Virus record (IMG/VR): IMGVR_UViG_3300000114_000743
Source: a virus
Strand: one strand, 5' to 3'
Length of the DNA stretch: 64,000 bases
Positions 1-10,532 of this stretch are shown one piece after another. Below the pieces are notes generated by a model. It saw only the letters and a program-made list of their open reading frames with translations. It ran no database searches and had not been told where the DNA came from. Each line of letters opens with the position of its first letter. Positions within the stretch are counted from its first letter, which is position 1. The position numbers and the translations under genes are program-made.

Positions 1-451
1 CTATAAATTGAATCTTCTTGAAGTCATTAAGCCCCAACCGTTTTATCGCGGAAACAATCTTTTCTTTCTCTGCATCGGTCACAATGCGCCCTTTAACCTC
101 TTCCTCAAAAGCTGTCATTGCCTTAATCTCGAACATTTCTCTGATTTTATCATCAGTCAGAATATCCTGTTTTACCGTTCCTTCTGCGTTTTCAAATCCC
201 GCATAAATACGGCAGTCCTTATTCTCAACATAAACACGAGCGCGTTTCCCTTTCCCGTCTTCACCGACAAAATGTACGTTCTGAGCATCAAATTGCGCGT
301 TGATTTCTGCGCGAGAAAGCATCACAAAATTGTTTCTCTTAATGTTCACTCCCGTGTCATTAGCTCCGTTGCAAAATATTCGGGGAAACGAAACATCCCA
401 TCCCGCCAAATTCTTAACCTTAATCATTTCCTGCATATTTAACTCAGGCAT
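1..451 (-). CDS. Conserved protein downstream of major capsid (YonA-like), runs off window
   Basis: Manually translated MPELNMQEMIKVKNLAGWDVSFPRIF..., GGAGG RBS, open to position 1; missing from ORF track. Confidence 0.8.
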   Translation of the reverse strand, partial: MPELNMQEMIKVKNLAGWDVSFPRIFCNGANDTGVNIKRNNFVMLSRAEINAQFDAQNVHFVGEDGKGKRARVYVENKDCRIYAGFENAEGTVKQDILTDDKIREMFEIKAMTAFEEEVKGRIVTDAEKEKIVSAIKRLGLNDFKKIQFI

Positions 452-479
452 AAAAAGTAACCTCCCATTCAAATCTTAG

Positions 480-498
480 GGGCGGCATTTCACCGCCC
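480..498 (-). terminator. GC-rich hairpin after capsid gene (no U tract; stabiliser or weak terminator)
   Basis: gggcgg-N7-ccgccc. Confidence 0.4.
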
Positions 499-510
499 GT
501 TATATTTATC

Positions 511-1632
511 CTACAGCGTCGGCACTCCGTTTGTATTGTCCGAAATAAGCCCGATTTTATGTTCCGACCCTTTTTCCAAGTCGAGCGCGATTTCCAAATC
601 AAACCTCGTGATAATCTTACCCGTCGGAATATCATTCCCGCTGAACGAAGTAAGCCCGCCTCTTGTGAATGTTCTTATAATCGGTCTCTGTCCGTTAGGA
701 AGGAACCATAACAACGAAGTGGGAAGAATCGTATTAAAATTGTCTTTCGCCGCGTTAAGCGCCGTCAAGTCATATTGATTCGGAAGTTCTACAACAAAAC
801 TACCGTTATACCAATCAATAACCCCATCCTTGCGAATACGCTCCATAACTGCCTCTGAAACACCTGCCACGGCAGGGTTCGTCCCCTGATAGCCGGCCCA
901 TCCGTTAAGCTGCGAAACCATAGCGTAATCGCCCAAAATGTTGGTGCGCCCGAACCTTCTCACGTTAGAGTTTACCGTGTCAACGGCAACCTTAGTGATT
1001 CCGGCGGCTTCGTTGATAAACTTAACTCCAACCGCGTTTTTAATCTGATTGTAAAGTTTAACAACACAATAAAGTGTAGCCTTGTTGCGAATGTCCGTCT
1101 TAATCTGGCTAATCAATTCATTCTCCCTCGTCATATCACCGAACAGAGCTTTTCTGTAATCAACCACATGACCGCCCGAAATCGCCTTCGTCGGAACCTG
1201 ATATTTTTCTTTGGCAGCAATCGGAAACACCACGTCGCCGTTAGGTGACTGGAATCTCGATTTTTCACCCTCAATGCTGTATGCTTCAACTTCGGGTGTT
1301 TCGTCATACCCAAGTGCTTGATACTGACCGAATAAACCAAGAGTAAATTTAACTTCTTCAAGCAATTTCGGTTCGGCGTTATACTTCCTGAGAGTGTTAA
1401 GCTCCGCGTGAGCTTTCATGTCACCCGCCGCCGCTGCCGTGTTAAGCTCCTTAATCCGTTCGACACAGCCGTTGGTGTCAATTTTCCTTCCGTCTTTCGT
1501 ATTTTTCGGTATATCTTTACCGTCAACCATTGCGCTGAACACCTCTACTATAGGCGAGGTTTCGGCAATCTGTGTAACATGAAAATCCCCGTCCTTGCGG
1601 GCGTTATTCAATTCAACTTCAAATGATTTCAT
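511..1632 (-). CDS. Major capsid protein (YonB-like)
   Basis: ~373 aa, position after protease and decoration genes, capsid-like C-terminus (TRFDLEIALD); start moved to ATG 1632 behind a CAGGAGG RBS. Confidence 0.8.
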   Translation of the reverse strand: MKSFEVELNNARKDGDFHVTQIAETSPIVEVFSAMVDGKDIPKNTKDGRKIDTNGCVERIKELNTAAAAGDMKAHAELNTLRKYNAEPKLLEEVKFTLGLFGQYQALGYDETPEVEAYSIEGEKSRFQSPNGDVVFPIAAKEKYQVPTKAISGGHVVDYRKALFGDMTRENELISQIKTDIRNKATLYCVVKLYNQIKNAVGVKFINEAAGITKVAVDTVNSNVRRFGRTNILGDYAMVSQLNGWAGYQGTNPAVAGVSEAVMERIRKDGVIDWYNGSFVVELPNQYDLTALNAAKDNFNTILPTSLLWFLPNGQRPIIRTFTRGGLTSFSGNDIPTGKIITRFDLEIALDLEKGSEHKIGLISDNTNGVPTL

Positions 1633-1670
1633 AAATGCAATTCCTCCTGTCATTCCGTATTTCAATGTCT

Positions 1671-2138
1671 TTATGCCACTATAACCTGAGCCTTTACGGC
1701 GTTGCCTAAAAGTTGAATCTTCTCGATGGCTTTTAAATAAACAGCATAACCCGCAGCCGCTGCGATAACTTCCGCGTTCCTGTCCGTCCCGACACCTAAA
1801 AGCGTTGTTCCCGCGACAATATCGTCATATGACTTGCCCGCCGCATATGTAATGCAATCCTCGTTCAAAACAATAATTCTGCCGTCTAATGCGCGTAACG
1901 CTTTAAAATTCACTTCATCACCCGCGAAAATCTTAACTTCGTCGCCGACCTCCGTTACGTCGATAAAACCCACGTCAATGCCTTTGCCTGTCGCAGCTGT
2001 CGCTTTTGAAAAAGTTTTAGCCGCCAAATCCACGACGCCAAAGCTATAATTCGGCACCCCATCATCAACTGCCTTAACGTGCGGAAAGTTCAATTCGTTT
2101 GGGATAACCCCAATAGTGTCATATTTAATTTTTCTCAT
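1671..2138 (-). CDS. Head decoration protein (YonC-like)
   Basis: 155 aa, Ala/Val/Gly-rich, between protease and capsid genes. Confidence 0.6.
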   Translation of the reverse strand: MRKIKYDTIGVIPNELNFPHVKAVDDGVPNYSFGVVDLAAKTFSKATAATGKGIDVGFIDVTEVGDEVKIFAGDEVNFKALRALDGRIIVLNEDCITYAAGKSYDDIVAGTTLLGVGTDRNAEVIAAAAGYAVYLKAIEKIQLLGNAVKAQVIVA

Positions 2139-2155
2139 ATTTAAACACCCTTCCT

Positions 2156-2172
2156 GTTATAAATTGTGTTAT
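2156..2172 (-). repeat. TATAAC tandem motif variant (ATAACACAATTTATAAC) abutting RBS of the 2138 gene
   Basis: Direct read of sequence; spacer longer than consensus. Confidence 0.5.
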
Positions 2173-2176
2173 CAAA

Positions 2177-3370
2177 TTAGTATATAGACCCTTCATCGGA
2201 TTCCTTCCTGTTGTTGGTTTCAAAAACCTCACCGTAAATATCTTCCGGCTTTTTATCCTGTTTCTTCGAGTTCTGCTCTGCCATAACCGCTTTAACCTTG
2301 TCAGCGATGCCAACTTTAATCGCCGTAACGATTGAATTGATTTCAACCCTGTCGGGTTTTTCGTTAAACGCTGTAATTTTTTCTTTAACGCATTCCTTTT
2401 CATTGTCGGTAAATTCTTTAATCGCCTCATTAAGCTCTCCGATAATCTGCTTTTTCTCCGCTTCTGCAAACTTACCGTTTAACTTGGTCACGGTTCCGTT
2501 CAGCTCGGCAATTTTACCATCTTTTTCTCCTGCTGCTGTCTTCAATGTTTCAATTTCGCCGTTTAGCTCGGCAATTTTTCCGTCCTTTTCCGCGACGGAA
2601 CTTTTCAACGTATTAATTTCTGCATTTTTGGCTGCCAAAGTGTTCAATTCCGTCACTTTGGTTTCCACTCCCGAAATTTTTTCATTCAGTTTATTAAACT
2701 GTTCAAGTAATTTTTCATCCAAAATAAAGCCCTCCTTACTTTCTTTCTTTAAATTTTTTGCGCTATTCAATTCCAACATAACTGCTGAATTATCAGCAGG
2801 TTTTATACTGATTATGTTATAACCGCCGTATATGTAATCCTTCGGAACCCGACCTTTTTCCTTCCATCCGCCGTCATAAACAATAGGTGTTCCGGGAATA
2901 GTCGATGCGATTTCAACCGAACCTGTAACTGCGTTTCCCTTCGATAACTCATCCTCAATCCATTTAACAAAATTCGGATATGTAAAATCGTCAATTTCCG
3001 CTTCGGCGGTCAAAACTTTTACAACTACGTCATTCAACGTCAACTCCTCTATCTTCGGATTCTTCGTATGCCCTACAACAACGGCATTTTGAAAAACGGG
3101 CTTGCCGTTAGCTGAACCCGTCAATCCGTGACCGAACGGCATATCTCTTTCAGAATCCAAAAACTCCGCTTTCAACGACATCCCGATCACCGTGTGCATA
3201 TTCTGCCGTGTATACTCCTCATTCCACGAAATTCCGTTGTCTTGATACTGCTCCGGCGAACCGAAAATTTCATGCAGAATAAATTTTGCGTTTCGTCGCC
3301 CGTTTATTGATTTTGAACTAATTTCACAAATATTCATCGGAACAGACGATAACTCGTATGTAACGTCCAT
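2177..3370 (-). CDS. Prohead protease fused to coiled-coil scaffold (YonD-like)
   Basis: N-terminal HG.TG and GSVEI motifs; C-terminal heptad repeats AEKDGKIAELNG. Confidence 0.7.
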   Translation of the reverse strand: MDVTYELSSVPMNICEISSKSINGRRNAKFILHEIFGSPEQYQDNGISWNEEYTRQNMHTVIGMSLKAEFLDSERDMPFGHGLTGSANGKPVFQNAVVVGHTKNPKIEELTLNDVVVKVLTAEAEIDDFTYPNFVKWIEDELSKGNAVTGSVEIASTIPGTPIVYDGGWKEKGRVPKDYIYGGYNIISIKPADNSAVMLELNSAKNLKKESKEGFILDEKLLEQFNKLNEKISGVETKVTELNTLAAKNAEINTLKSSVAEKDGKIAELNGEIETLKTAAGEKDGKIAELNGTVTKLNGKFAEAEKKQIIGELNEAIKEFTDNEKECVKEKITAFNEKPDRVEINSIVTAIKVGIADKVKAVMAEQNSKKQDKKPEDIYGEVFETNNRKESDEGSIY

Positions 3371-3426
3371 AAGACTAACCGCCTCCCTGTGTTTTTATCT
3401 TGTTTGATTTTTATATGAAATTATGT

Positions 3427-3455
3427 TTGATTATTTATCATTAACGATTTATAAT
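3427..3455 (+). promoter_or_regulatory. SigA-type promoter of GNAT moron
   Basis: TTGATT-17-TATAAT. Confidence 0.7.
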
Positions 3456-3509
3456 GGCTATTAGCGGAAGTTGTAATGATTCGGAGAATTTGTATATTTT
3501 GAGGTAATT

Positions 3510-4061
3510 ATGGAACAGATAAAAACTAAAAGACTATTGATGACTAAGGCGAGTATAAGTGATTTACCTTTGATAGAAGAAATCGAAAGTGAATGTGACA
3601 AATATTTCCGATTTGACCCACCAATCGCAGCCGAGCACAATCGTTCTTTACGAGAATGTTTAAATATAGGAGATGTGATTCCCGGTGTATTGGAAGATGA
3701 TTATAAAAGGGAAAATTATCATCTATATTATATTTGGAAAGATGGTATCCTTATCGGTTGGCTTGCGTTTTATCTCGAATACCAACAAAATGATACCGCA
3801 TATCTTTCTGTACTATACATCACAGAATCAAACAGAATGAAAGGTATCGGTACTGAAATTATAGAAGCATTGGCGTTTAAATTAGCTGGCTTACAAATCA
3901 AAATTATAAAAACGCATTGTTCTTTGAGAAATGCAATATCTCTTAGTTTTTGGGTGAAGAATGGATTTGACCATATAACAGAGATAGAGTGTACCGGTAA
4001 TCTTACACCTGAAAACTTTGGGGGTATAGGTTTAATGAAAATCATAAAGCCATACGAATAA
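3510..4061 (+). CDS. GNAT family N-acetyltransferase (moron)
   Basis: Acetyl-CoA motif RMKGIGTEII, N..AISFW.KNGF; opposite strand to head genes. Confidence 0.85.
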   Translation: MEQIKTKRLLMTKASISDLPLIEEIESECDKYFRFDPPIAAEHNRSLRECLNIGDVIPGVLEDDYKRENYHLYYIWKDGILIGWLAFYLEYQQNDTAYLSVLYITESNRMKGIGTEIIEALAFKLAGLQIKIIKTHCSLRNAISLSFWVKNGFDHITEIECTGNLTPENFGGIGLMKIIKPYE

Positions 4062-4119
4062 TATTAGCATTATCAACGGTCAATAATCCATATTCGTGCT
4101 TGTTGATTTTTTCAAAACA

Positions 4120-5685
4120 TTAATCTGATGGCTTCGGTTGGTTATTCCCTCCCGAAGCCTGTGATTTAATCGTGTTATCATTTTTCGGGTTTTCCTCATT
4201 CGGTCTTCCCGCTCTTTCATCCCCAGTCATAGTAAACGAAGTCTTATGAACAGGATATTTGTTCTCATAATCATCCGCCAACTCCTCATCCATCATAGCC
4301 ACATAAGAATCGAAATTAAATCCACAAGAAGAAATCCAAGCCTGTAAACTTCCCTTACCGCTCATATAAAGTTCTTTGGCATATTTGACGACTTTATCCT
4401 TATTGGCGAACGTCACAGGAAGATAATCAACTTCAACATAACAATTCTCGGTTTTTATCACGTTAGCGTTTATAACCTTGTTCAGTTCCGCTTGAAATTG
4501 CTTTATCCACGAAAATAACTCCGCGCTAACCAATTCCAAATTCGTCTGTTGGGTAGAATAACTCCCCTGCGACGAACCGTTTAGAAGCGATGCGGCAAAC
4601 CCCACATCAGCCGCTATGTCATCCCTTAGTTTCGCTTCGTTCTTCTCGTCAAATATGTTCGTATCTACGTCAAGCGTGTTCAACTTCGACCCCGCCGCAA
4701 GCGAAACGAAAGCCAGCGCCCGTTGCCCCTCTTTCCGATTATTCAGCGCCATTTTCACCGTGTCATGTTGATTTTTCTGCTGTGTTTCGGTCAGCGCCGA
4801 CGTTCCTTTTTCCTTCCCCTCCGGAAACTCTTGATAAACGAGCTTGTTATTTATCTCGTCAAGCAAATGCCGCTTCGTATCGGTAAAATAATCTGAATAA
4901 ATAATATTATCGAAAGCGGCAAGCGCGATAGGTCTGCCCCACGGCTCACTACGCATACTTCCGACCTTTGTTACAATAGTTTTGTTATTATCAAGAATCA
5001 CCCATTGCCCAGTGCCGGAACTCTTATTATAATTCTTCCAAGCCTCGCGGATTTCTTTCGGATAAATCCGAATCTTCTTTGCCTTGCCGTTTCCGTCAAA
5101 CTGATTGAAATAAGACAAATCAAACGCAATTTGATATGATGAATTGCGAATACCGATAATCCGGCAATAATCAACGGGAAGAGAAAACAAAGAGCAGTTA
5201 AAACCGTTTCTTGAATTTAATTCAGTTATTCCGTCAACATCGCTATCAAACAGCGTTTTCGTATTGTCGCCGGTTTCTTCCGAAACGAAATAATAAAATG
5301 CCACGGCGTCGTTGCAATTCCTCAAAATACTGTCCCGCACAATTTCTTTATCCTTAATCATGTCAAGAACTGAAACGAACTTTGCTTTATTTTCTCTATA
5401 TTTACCACAGCTCTTATTTTTCGAGCAAACAATTCTGTCAAGCGTTGGAATAGCACACATATAATCAACTGTATTTCGGATAACTCCGTTTGAATTATAA
5501 GCCCACCATGCCAAATCCCTGCATTTCCGATTATAAAACATAGGGTCAGAAATATATTTCTTAACCTGCTCAATGGAACACGGAAGTCGTTTATAATGCC
5601 ATTCATTCCAACATACCGAGCCGAGAAACGATTGAAACTCAAAAGACGATTCGCATGATTGGCTTTCGTTCCGTATATTACCCAA
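4120..5685 (-). CDS. Portal protein (YonE-like)
   Basis: 521 aa, between terminase and protease; WGRPIALAAF segment; TTG start with GGAGG. Confidence 0.75.
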   Translation of the reverse strand: MGNIRNESQSCESSFEFQSFLGSVCWNEWHYKRLPCSIEQVKKYISDPMFYNRKCRDLAWWAYNSNGVIRNTVDYMCAIPTLDRIVCSKNKSCGKYRENKAKFVSVLDMIKDKEIVRDSILRNCNDAVAFYYFVSEETGDNTKTLFDSDVDGITELNSRNGFNCSLFSLPVDYCRIIGIRNSSYQIAFDLSYFNQFDGNGKAKKIRIYPKEIREAWKNYNKSSGTGQWVILDNNKTIVTKVGSMRSEPWGRPIALAAFDNIIYSDYFTDTKRHLLDEINNKLVYQEFPEGKEKGTSALTETQQKNQHDTVKMALNNRKEGQRALAFVSLAAGSKLNTLDVDTNIFDEKNEAKLRDDIAADVGFAASLLNGSSQGSYSTQQTNLELVSAELFSWIKQFQAELNKVINANVIKTENCYVEVDYLPVTFANKDKVVKYAKELYMSGKGSLQAWISSCGFNFDSYVAMMDEELADDYENKYPVHKTSFTMTGDERAGRPNEENPKNDNTIKSQASGGNNQPKPSD

Positions 5686-5710
5686 ATTAACCGCCTCCTC
5701 ACAAAAATAT

Positions 5711-5739
5711 TTGATTTTTTAACACTAAGGATTTATAAT
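5711..5739 (+). promoter_or_regulatory. SigA-type promoter of second moron
   Basis: TTGATT-17-TATAAT. Confidence 0.7.
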
Positions 5740-5776
5740 GACTTTTAATAGGGAGATAATTTTTATTTATTAAAAG

Positions 5777-6508
5777 GTGGTAACGATAATGAATTACTTT
5801 AGAATTCTTAATTTTATAAAAAAGCATGGCTGGAATGTGATTAAAAAGTTATGCGCTGGATTAATAGCTGTTCTTTCAGTAATACTTTTATTTCAAGCGA
5901 ATGTCATGTTAAATACAAACAATGAAATATACAAGCAAGAACTATACCCTCATTTTCGAACAGAAGAAAAACGAGAAAACATGGATGAAAATGATCATTT
6001 TACAGATAATGTTATTTATATTAGACACTATAGCGGAAATTTTTATTCTCTTTCCTCATCGGTCAGTACATATATACCGTTTGAATCAAATGGTATAAGG
6101 TATATGATGCCATATAAGGGTTTTCATACTTTGACTCAAAACATGTTAGACGAAAACATAATTCGTAGACATTCCCATAAAAACAATAATTTAGTAACTC
6201 TTGATATGCTTGAAGAAGTAAATCAACTATTACAGGTTAACGGAAAAGAAGGGTCACATGGCTATCCTAATTCATTTGTTAAAGTAGAATATCAAACCAT
6301 TTTTGGTGGCTATGAAATTTTGTATTTCAAAGCCAGTGACAGTGAAAAAGTTGATAATGAAACTGGTAAAAAGTATGTTGATGATTTAATATCGAATTAC
6401 GAATTTAATGGCAATAATTATTCTTTTTACATGGATGGTATGACTGTTGATTTATTATATGAATTTGCGACTACTGCTTTAAAAGATGCTTTTCTAATAC
6501 AAGAATAA
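5777..6508 (+). CDS. Membrane-anchored hypothetical protein (moron)
   Basis: One N-terminal hydrophobic segment, very AT-rich, opposite strand to neighbours. Confidence 0.7.
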   Translation: MVTIMNYFRILNFIKKHGWNVIKKLCAGLIAVLSVILLFQANVMLNTNNEIYKQELYPHFRTEEKRENMDENDHFTDNVIYIRHYSGNFYSLSSSVSTYIPFESNGIRYMMPYKGFHTLTQNMLDENIIRRHSHKNNNLVTLDMLEEVNQLLQVNGKEGSHGYPNSFVKVEYQTIFGGYEILYFKASDSEKVDNETGKKYVDDLISNYEFNGNNYSFYMDGMTVDLLYEFATTALKDAFLIQE

Positions 6509-6511
6509 TAA

Positions 6512-8257
6512 TCAATTATACAAACACCGATACTCATACTCGCTCGTCTTCTTCCCATACAACTGCTCCTTGCTTTCAACTTCATATTCGTAAATAACCG
6601 AAAGACCGTATACCAATGAAGTAGCTCTGTCTCTTTTCCTTGTCTTAACAATCCGCTCATAAACCGTATTATTATGCTCCGTCATTTTCTCCTTAATATT
6701 GTTCAACTCCGAAACAAGCGCGTCATGCTCCTTATGTATGGCATACTCCGCATCCAATATATTACCTTCCTTCCACTCAATATCAACCTCGTCGGAAGAG
6801 GATAATATTTCTAAACTTTTATCTTGAAGGCACGACTTTAAATACGGGTAGAATCTGATATGAAACTCATTCGTCGCCGTTACGCAACGTATAATCGGCA
6901 TAGCATCGTCCATCTTCATGCCGATTTCGTCATCGTCCTTAACAATCGGCGGATATTCCGTCCGCTCACCTTTCGGACTGATATATTCCCAACTTTCATA
7001 AAACAAAGAAGGTAATGCCTCGCCCGAACCCCTTGTGTCAAGAACCAGTTTAACCGTGTTCGGGAATTTTATATGTAATAGTTCTCGTAAAAAATCCCTC
7101 TGTTCCGGCAATGTCATACCGCCGACGACCTTAGTGTAAACAATACTTTTCTTCAACGACCCGTTGGCTTTCTGTGTTAGCTTGATTACATGACTGCAGG
7201 CGTTATCCGCACCCCTCGCATCGCTTAACGCAACGTCGTGTGTAATAATATATTTCGCAGTCGTCTTCTTAGGCTGTTCAAGCTCCCCGCGAATACTCGT
7301 CCGACAAGGCGCGGTTATCTCATAAGGATAATAGCTTTCATTACTCGAACCGACGAATTGTCCGAGATATTCATATGTGTAGCGATCAGTCGTCATCGAC
7401 GGCTTATCAAGTTCGCTCGTAATGTCGTCCTCATCGAATATTCCTGCACTAACCCCGACTTGATATGGCAAGGCACAAACATAATATTTTTCGTCGCCTT
7501 TCACCATCTGCTCATAATGGTGCTTAAACCGAGAATATAACGGACTTATTTTCAAATAAGCGGACGTAATATAAATAATTTTTCCCTTTTCCGAAACACC
7601 CTGCTTAATAGCGACCTCGCGTTTGGTCTTAGTCATCGGAATTAATATCTCTTCAATAATGCTATCTTTAACCAAACGCGCTTCGTCTATAATCAAATAA
7701 TTAAAACGCCACGACCTTGCGCCGTCACCTCCGGTGCGTTGGTCAACAGATATAGCTCTAATTTCAGATCCGTTTTTGAATGTTACGCAACATTCGTCAC
7801 CGGTTACTTTTATAGGAAATTGAATCTCACGTTTAATGTTCTCGTTTTTTGCAAGCTCTCCTTGAATCTTCTGAACGATTACGTTTTTTGCCTGCCGAAA
7901 ATTTCCGCTTGCAACACCGCATTTAATATTCGGATACAAAATAGCTGAACATATGAAAAACACTGCTGTCAACCAACTTTTCCCTAAGCCGCGGCAAGCG
8001 ATAAACATACTGAATTGGTTTCGCCCCATAGCACGCAATATCACACGCTGAAACGGGTATAAATTCAACCCTAAAACGTTTATTGCAAATTCGTCCATAT
8101 AATAGCGGTAATAAGCGATAAATTTCCTCCACGCCCCTGTGTTGATATTTTCAACATTCGCTGTTATATTACTGTCAGGGCTGTCAAAATCATCAAATGA
8201 ACCCTCTTTAACTTTCCGGCTTTTCTTGCTGTAATTCTTATGATTCACCACTAACAC
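6512..8257 (-). CDS. Terminase large subunit (YonF-like)
   Basis: CRGLGKS Walker A, LIIDEA Walker B, C-terminal nuclease HDVA...DRATS. Confidence 0.9.
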   Translation of the reverse strand: MLVVNHKNYSKKSRKVKEGSFDDFDSPDSNITANVENINTGAWRKFIAYYRYYMDEFAINVLGLNLYPFQRVILRAMGRNQFSMFIACRGLGKSWLTAVFFICSAILYPNIKCGVASGNFRQAKNVIVQKIQGELAKNENIKREIQFPIKVTGDECCVTFKNGSEIRAISVDQRTGGDGARSWRFNYLIIDEARLVKDSIIEEILIPMTKTKREVAIKQGVSEKGKIIYITSAYLKISPLYSRFKHHYEQMVKGDEKYYVCALPYQVGVSAGIFDEDDITSELDKPSMTTDRYTYEYLGQFVGSSNESYYPYEITAPCRTSIRGELEQPKKTTAKYIITHDVALSDARGADNACSHVIKLTQKANGSLKKSIVYTKVVGGMTLPEQRDFLRELLHIKFPNTVKLVLDTRGSGEALPSLFYESWEYISPKGERTEYPPIVKDDDEIGMKMDDAMPIIRCVTATNEFHIRFYPYLKSCLQDKSLEILSSSDEVDIEWKEGNILDAEYAIHKEHDALVSELNNIKEKMTEHNNTVYERIVKTRKRDRATSLVYGLSVIYEYEVESKEQLYGKKTSEYEYRCLYN

Positions 8258-8326
8258 CCCCCTAAAAATGAGCGAAATGATATAAAAATCCCCTTCTAAA
8301 GAAGGGGGCAGGGGGAATATTCGCTG

Positions 8327-9214
8327 TTATAATGACTTTTGAATCGTTTGAAACGCCGCAAGCATTTCATCTATCTCGTCTTTCTTTATGGGAACGTGCT
8401 TATATATGTATTCTTCATTTTCAACTTGCTCAAAAATCTTCCCGAAACTCCCAAGCCCCACGTCGTTTATACTTCGCGATGATTCAGCAAACTTAGCGGA
8501 TTGACAAAGTTTATCAAAAGTTTCTCTCGCTTTGTTATATTGAATCTCTGCACCTTTTTCGCCCTTCATCATGTCTTCAAAGCAAATATCCATATATAAA
8601 CTCGCCTTAGCAATCTTTCGGGCATAATCCCTGTGATTTTCCGTTATAATTTTATAATCGCTCCGAAGTCCCGCATAATATTTGTCAAGATAATCACGTT
8701 CCTTAACCGTATACTCGCCGACCCACTCATTGCTGTATTCCTTTTCAACGGAAGAGTTATCTAAGCTCCTCTCAGTGAGAGAGGCAGGGAGGATTGTGTT
8801 TTGAATTATCGAATCATTTGAACCAATACCACCGCATTCAGTCAACGTATCAATAAAAGTTTTAACTCTGTTCAATCCCAAATTCGTCCGCCGTAAATAA
8901 GTCGATAAAAAATTCGTGTCACCTTCATCAATCTCGCTCAATATCTTTTTTGAAAAATACCAGTCAAACCTCGCGCAAATATGATACAACGCCGTAACTT
9001 TGTCCTCGAATGTCTTTGTATACTGGTTAAACAATTCCTTTATACAATCTTGACAAACGGTAGTCCGCCCATCATTGTTTTTATACAGTTTGCTCACGCT
9101 TGTATAAAAATTATCCTTTTTAATAGCTTCACAAGTCTTACGCAAATACCGCTCCGAAAAATTCGTTCCGCAGCAGGTGCAGACAATTTTCGGTTTCGTT
9201 TCTCTGTCCGCCAC
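8327..9214 (-). CDS. Zn-finger protein, putative terminase small subunit
   Basis: CTCCG...CQDC; directly upstream of terminase large subunit. Confidence 0.55.
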   Translation of the reverse strand: MADRETKPKIVCTCCGTNFSERYLRKTCEAIKKDNFYTSVSKLYKNNDGRTTVCQDCIKELFNQYTKTFEDKVTALYHICARFDWYFSKKILSEIDEGDTNFLSTYLRRTNLGLNRVKTFIDTLTECGGIGSNDSIIQNTILPASLTERSLDNSSVEKEYSNEWVGEYTVKERDYLDKYYAGLRSDYKIITENHRDYARKIAKASLYMDICFEDMMKGEKGAEIQYNKARETFDKLCQSAKFAESSRSINDVGLGSFGKIFEQVENEEYIYKHVPIKKDEIDEMLAAFQTIQKSL

Positions 9215-9229
9215 AGAGCATCACCCCAT

Positions 9230-9245
9230 GTTATAAATTGCTATA
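9230..9245 (-). repeat. TATAAC tandem motif (TATAGCAATTTATAAC) abutting RBS of the 9214 gene
   Basis: Direct read. Confidence 0.6.
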
Positions 9246-10532
9246 CCACATTTCTCTTAGTCCACTCTTTTTGTTCCAGACAAAACTCACAACCGTTTTA
9301 ACGCTTTTATTGAAAGCCTGTTGATGTTCCCAAGCAGAACTCGCGCAAATAGTCGGCAAGTATCTGATAATCATTCCGCTTTTTTCAAGCGTTTGCTGGC
9401 TGTGGTAATGTCCTGCGTGGCACTCGGCGAATAGGCTATCGCCATAATCCTTACGAGCTTCGACTTGCAACCATTCCGAAATATTATTTTTATTACAATC
9501 GCCGTGCAGCCAACCGATTAACACATTATCAAATCGTTTAAACTTTCTCGGATTCGGCGAAATATTAAACGTGATATTACTGTCATTTCTAAAAGCCTTC
9601 TCCAACGCTTTAACAAGCGAATACCCCAATAATCTGTCATGGTTTCCCGAAACGTAAACAATTTCTAAAGGAGCGAAATTCCCCAATAATTGAACAGCGT
9701 CTATAATCACATCTAACGTAGTGTCAAACACTTTTGCTATTCTTCCGTCCACCTGTTGAAATGTTCCTTTACTTGTCGTTTGATTGTCGTTATCAACATG
9801 AAGTAAATCACCAAGTGTGGCAAGTATTATTTTTTCAAATTTTCTTCCCTTGCAACGCTCAATAATGTCATTGAAACATTTGAGGAAGTTTTCTTTAAGT
9901 ATATGTATGTCATAATCTTCATTTGTTTCTTGACGCCATGAATACAATCCTGCGTGTAAATCGGGCAAATCTATTTCAAGGATTTCGCCGCTGTCATCGT
10001 AATTTGTAGGTTTGGTTAGCTCGTTTACTGATTTAAATACTTTGTTTTCAAAATATTTATCAATGTATTCAACAGACCAATCCGTCTTTTTGGGCTTTAC
10101 CGTTATTTTACTTGAATATAATTTCTTTGTTTCACCGCCCTTTATCTGAGCATCCCAAAAACTATTTTTGCTATTGATTAACTCCCATTTCAAAGGGTCA
10201 TAATTATGTAAGTTTAATAAACACTCAGAATCTCGTAAAACTTCTTCGTTTTCAATTACAAATTTTCCTTCACTAACCTGAGAACCATCACCGTTTACCG
10301 ATATATTTTTCCGTAAATTTTCAAAATTGTTTTGCGAAGGCTTTTTTATCCAACCTTCGTCAATATATTCTTTAAGTAGCAACCCACCCTTACGGACGGT
10401 GTCATTATGCAGTCTTTCTCCATAAAACTCAGTTCTCAAATCGGTTAATGAACTCCAAGTATTATCACCGTGGCGAATTTCGTTAATTATTTCTAACTGC
10501 TTTGATAAAAATTCAATTTTATTCAGCTTCAT
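9231..10532 (-). CDS. Calcineurin-like metallophosphoesterase (YonJ-like)
   Basis: DLHAG, GDLLH, GNHD, HGD, GHYH motifs; start moved to ATG 10532 after GGAGG. Confidence 0.85.
   Translation of the reverse strand: MKLNKIEFLSKQLEIINEIRHGDNTWSSLTDLRTEFYGERLHNDTVRKGGLLLKEYIDEGWIKKPSQNNFENLRKNISVNGDGSQVSEGKFVIENEEVLRDSECLLNLHNYDPLKWELINSKNSFWDAQIKGGETKKLYSSKITVKPKKTDWSVEYIDKYFENKVFKSVNELTKPTNYDDSGEILEIDLPDLHAGLYSWRQETNEDYDIHILKENFLKCFNDIIERCKGRKFEKIILATLGDLLHVDNDNQTTSKGTFQQVDGRIAKVFDTTLDVIIDAVQLLGNFAPLEIVYVSGNHDRLLGYSLVKALEKAFRNDSNITFNISPNPRKFKRFDNVLIGWLHGDCNKNNISEWLQVEARKDYGDSLFAECHAGHYHSQQTLEKSGMIIRYLPTICASSAWEHQQAFNKSVKTVVSFVWNKKSGLREMWYSNL

Noticed and set aside
8-442. 144-aa plus-strand ORF
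   Set aside because: Antisense shadow of the real minus-strand gene (451 to window start)
2298-2822. 174-aa plus-strand ORF
   Set aside because: Antisense shadow of the coiled-coil scaffold repeats
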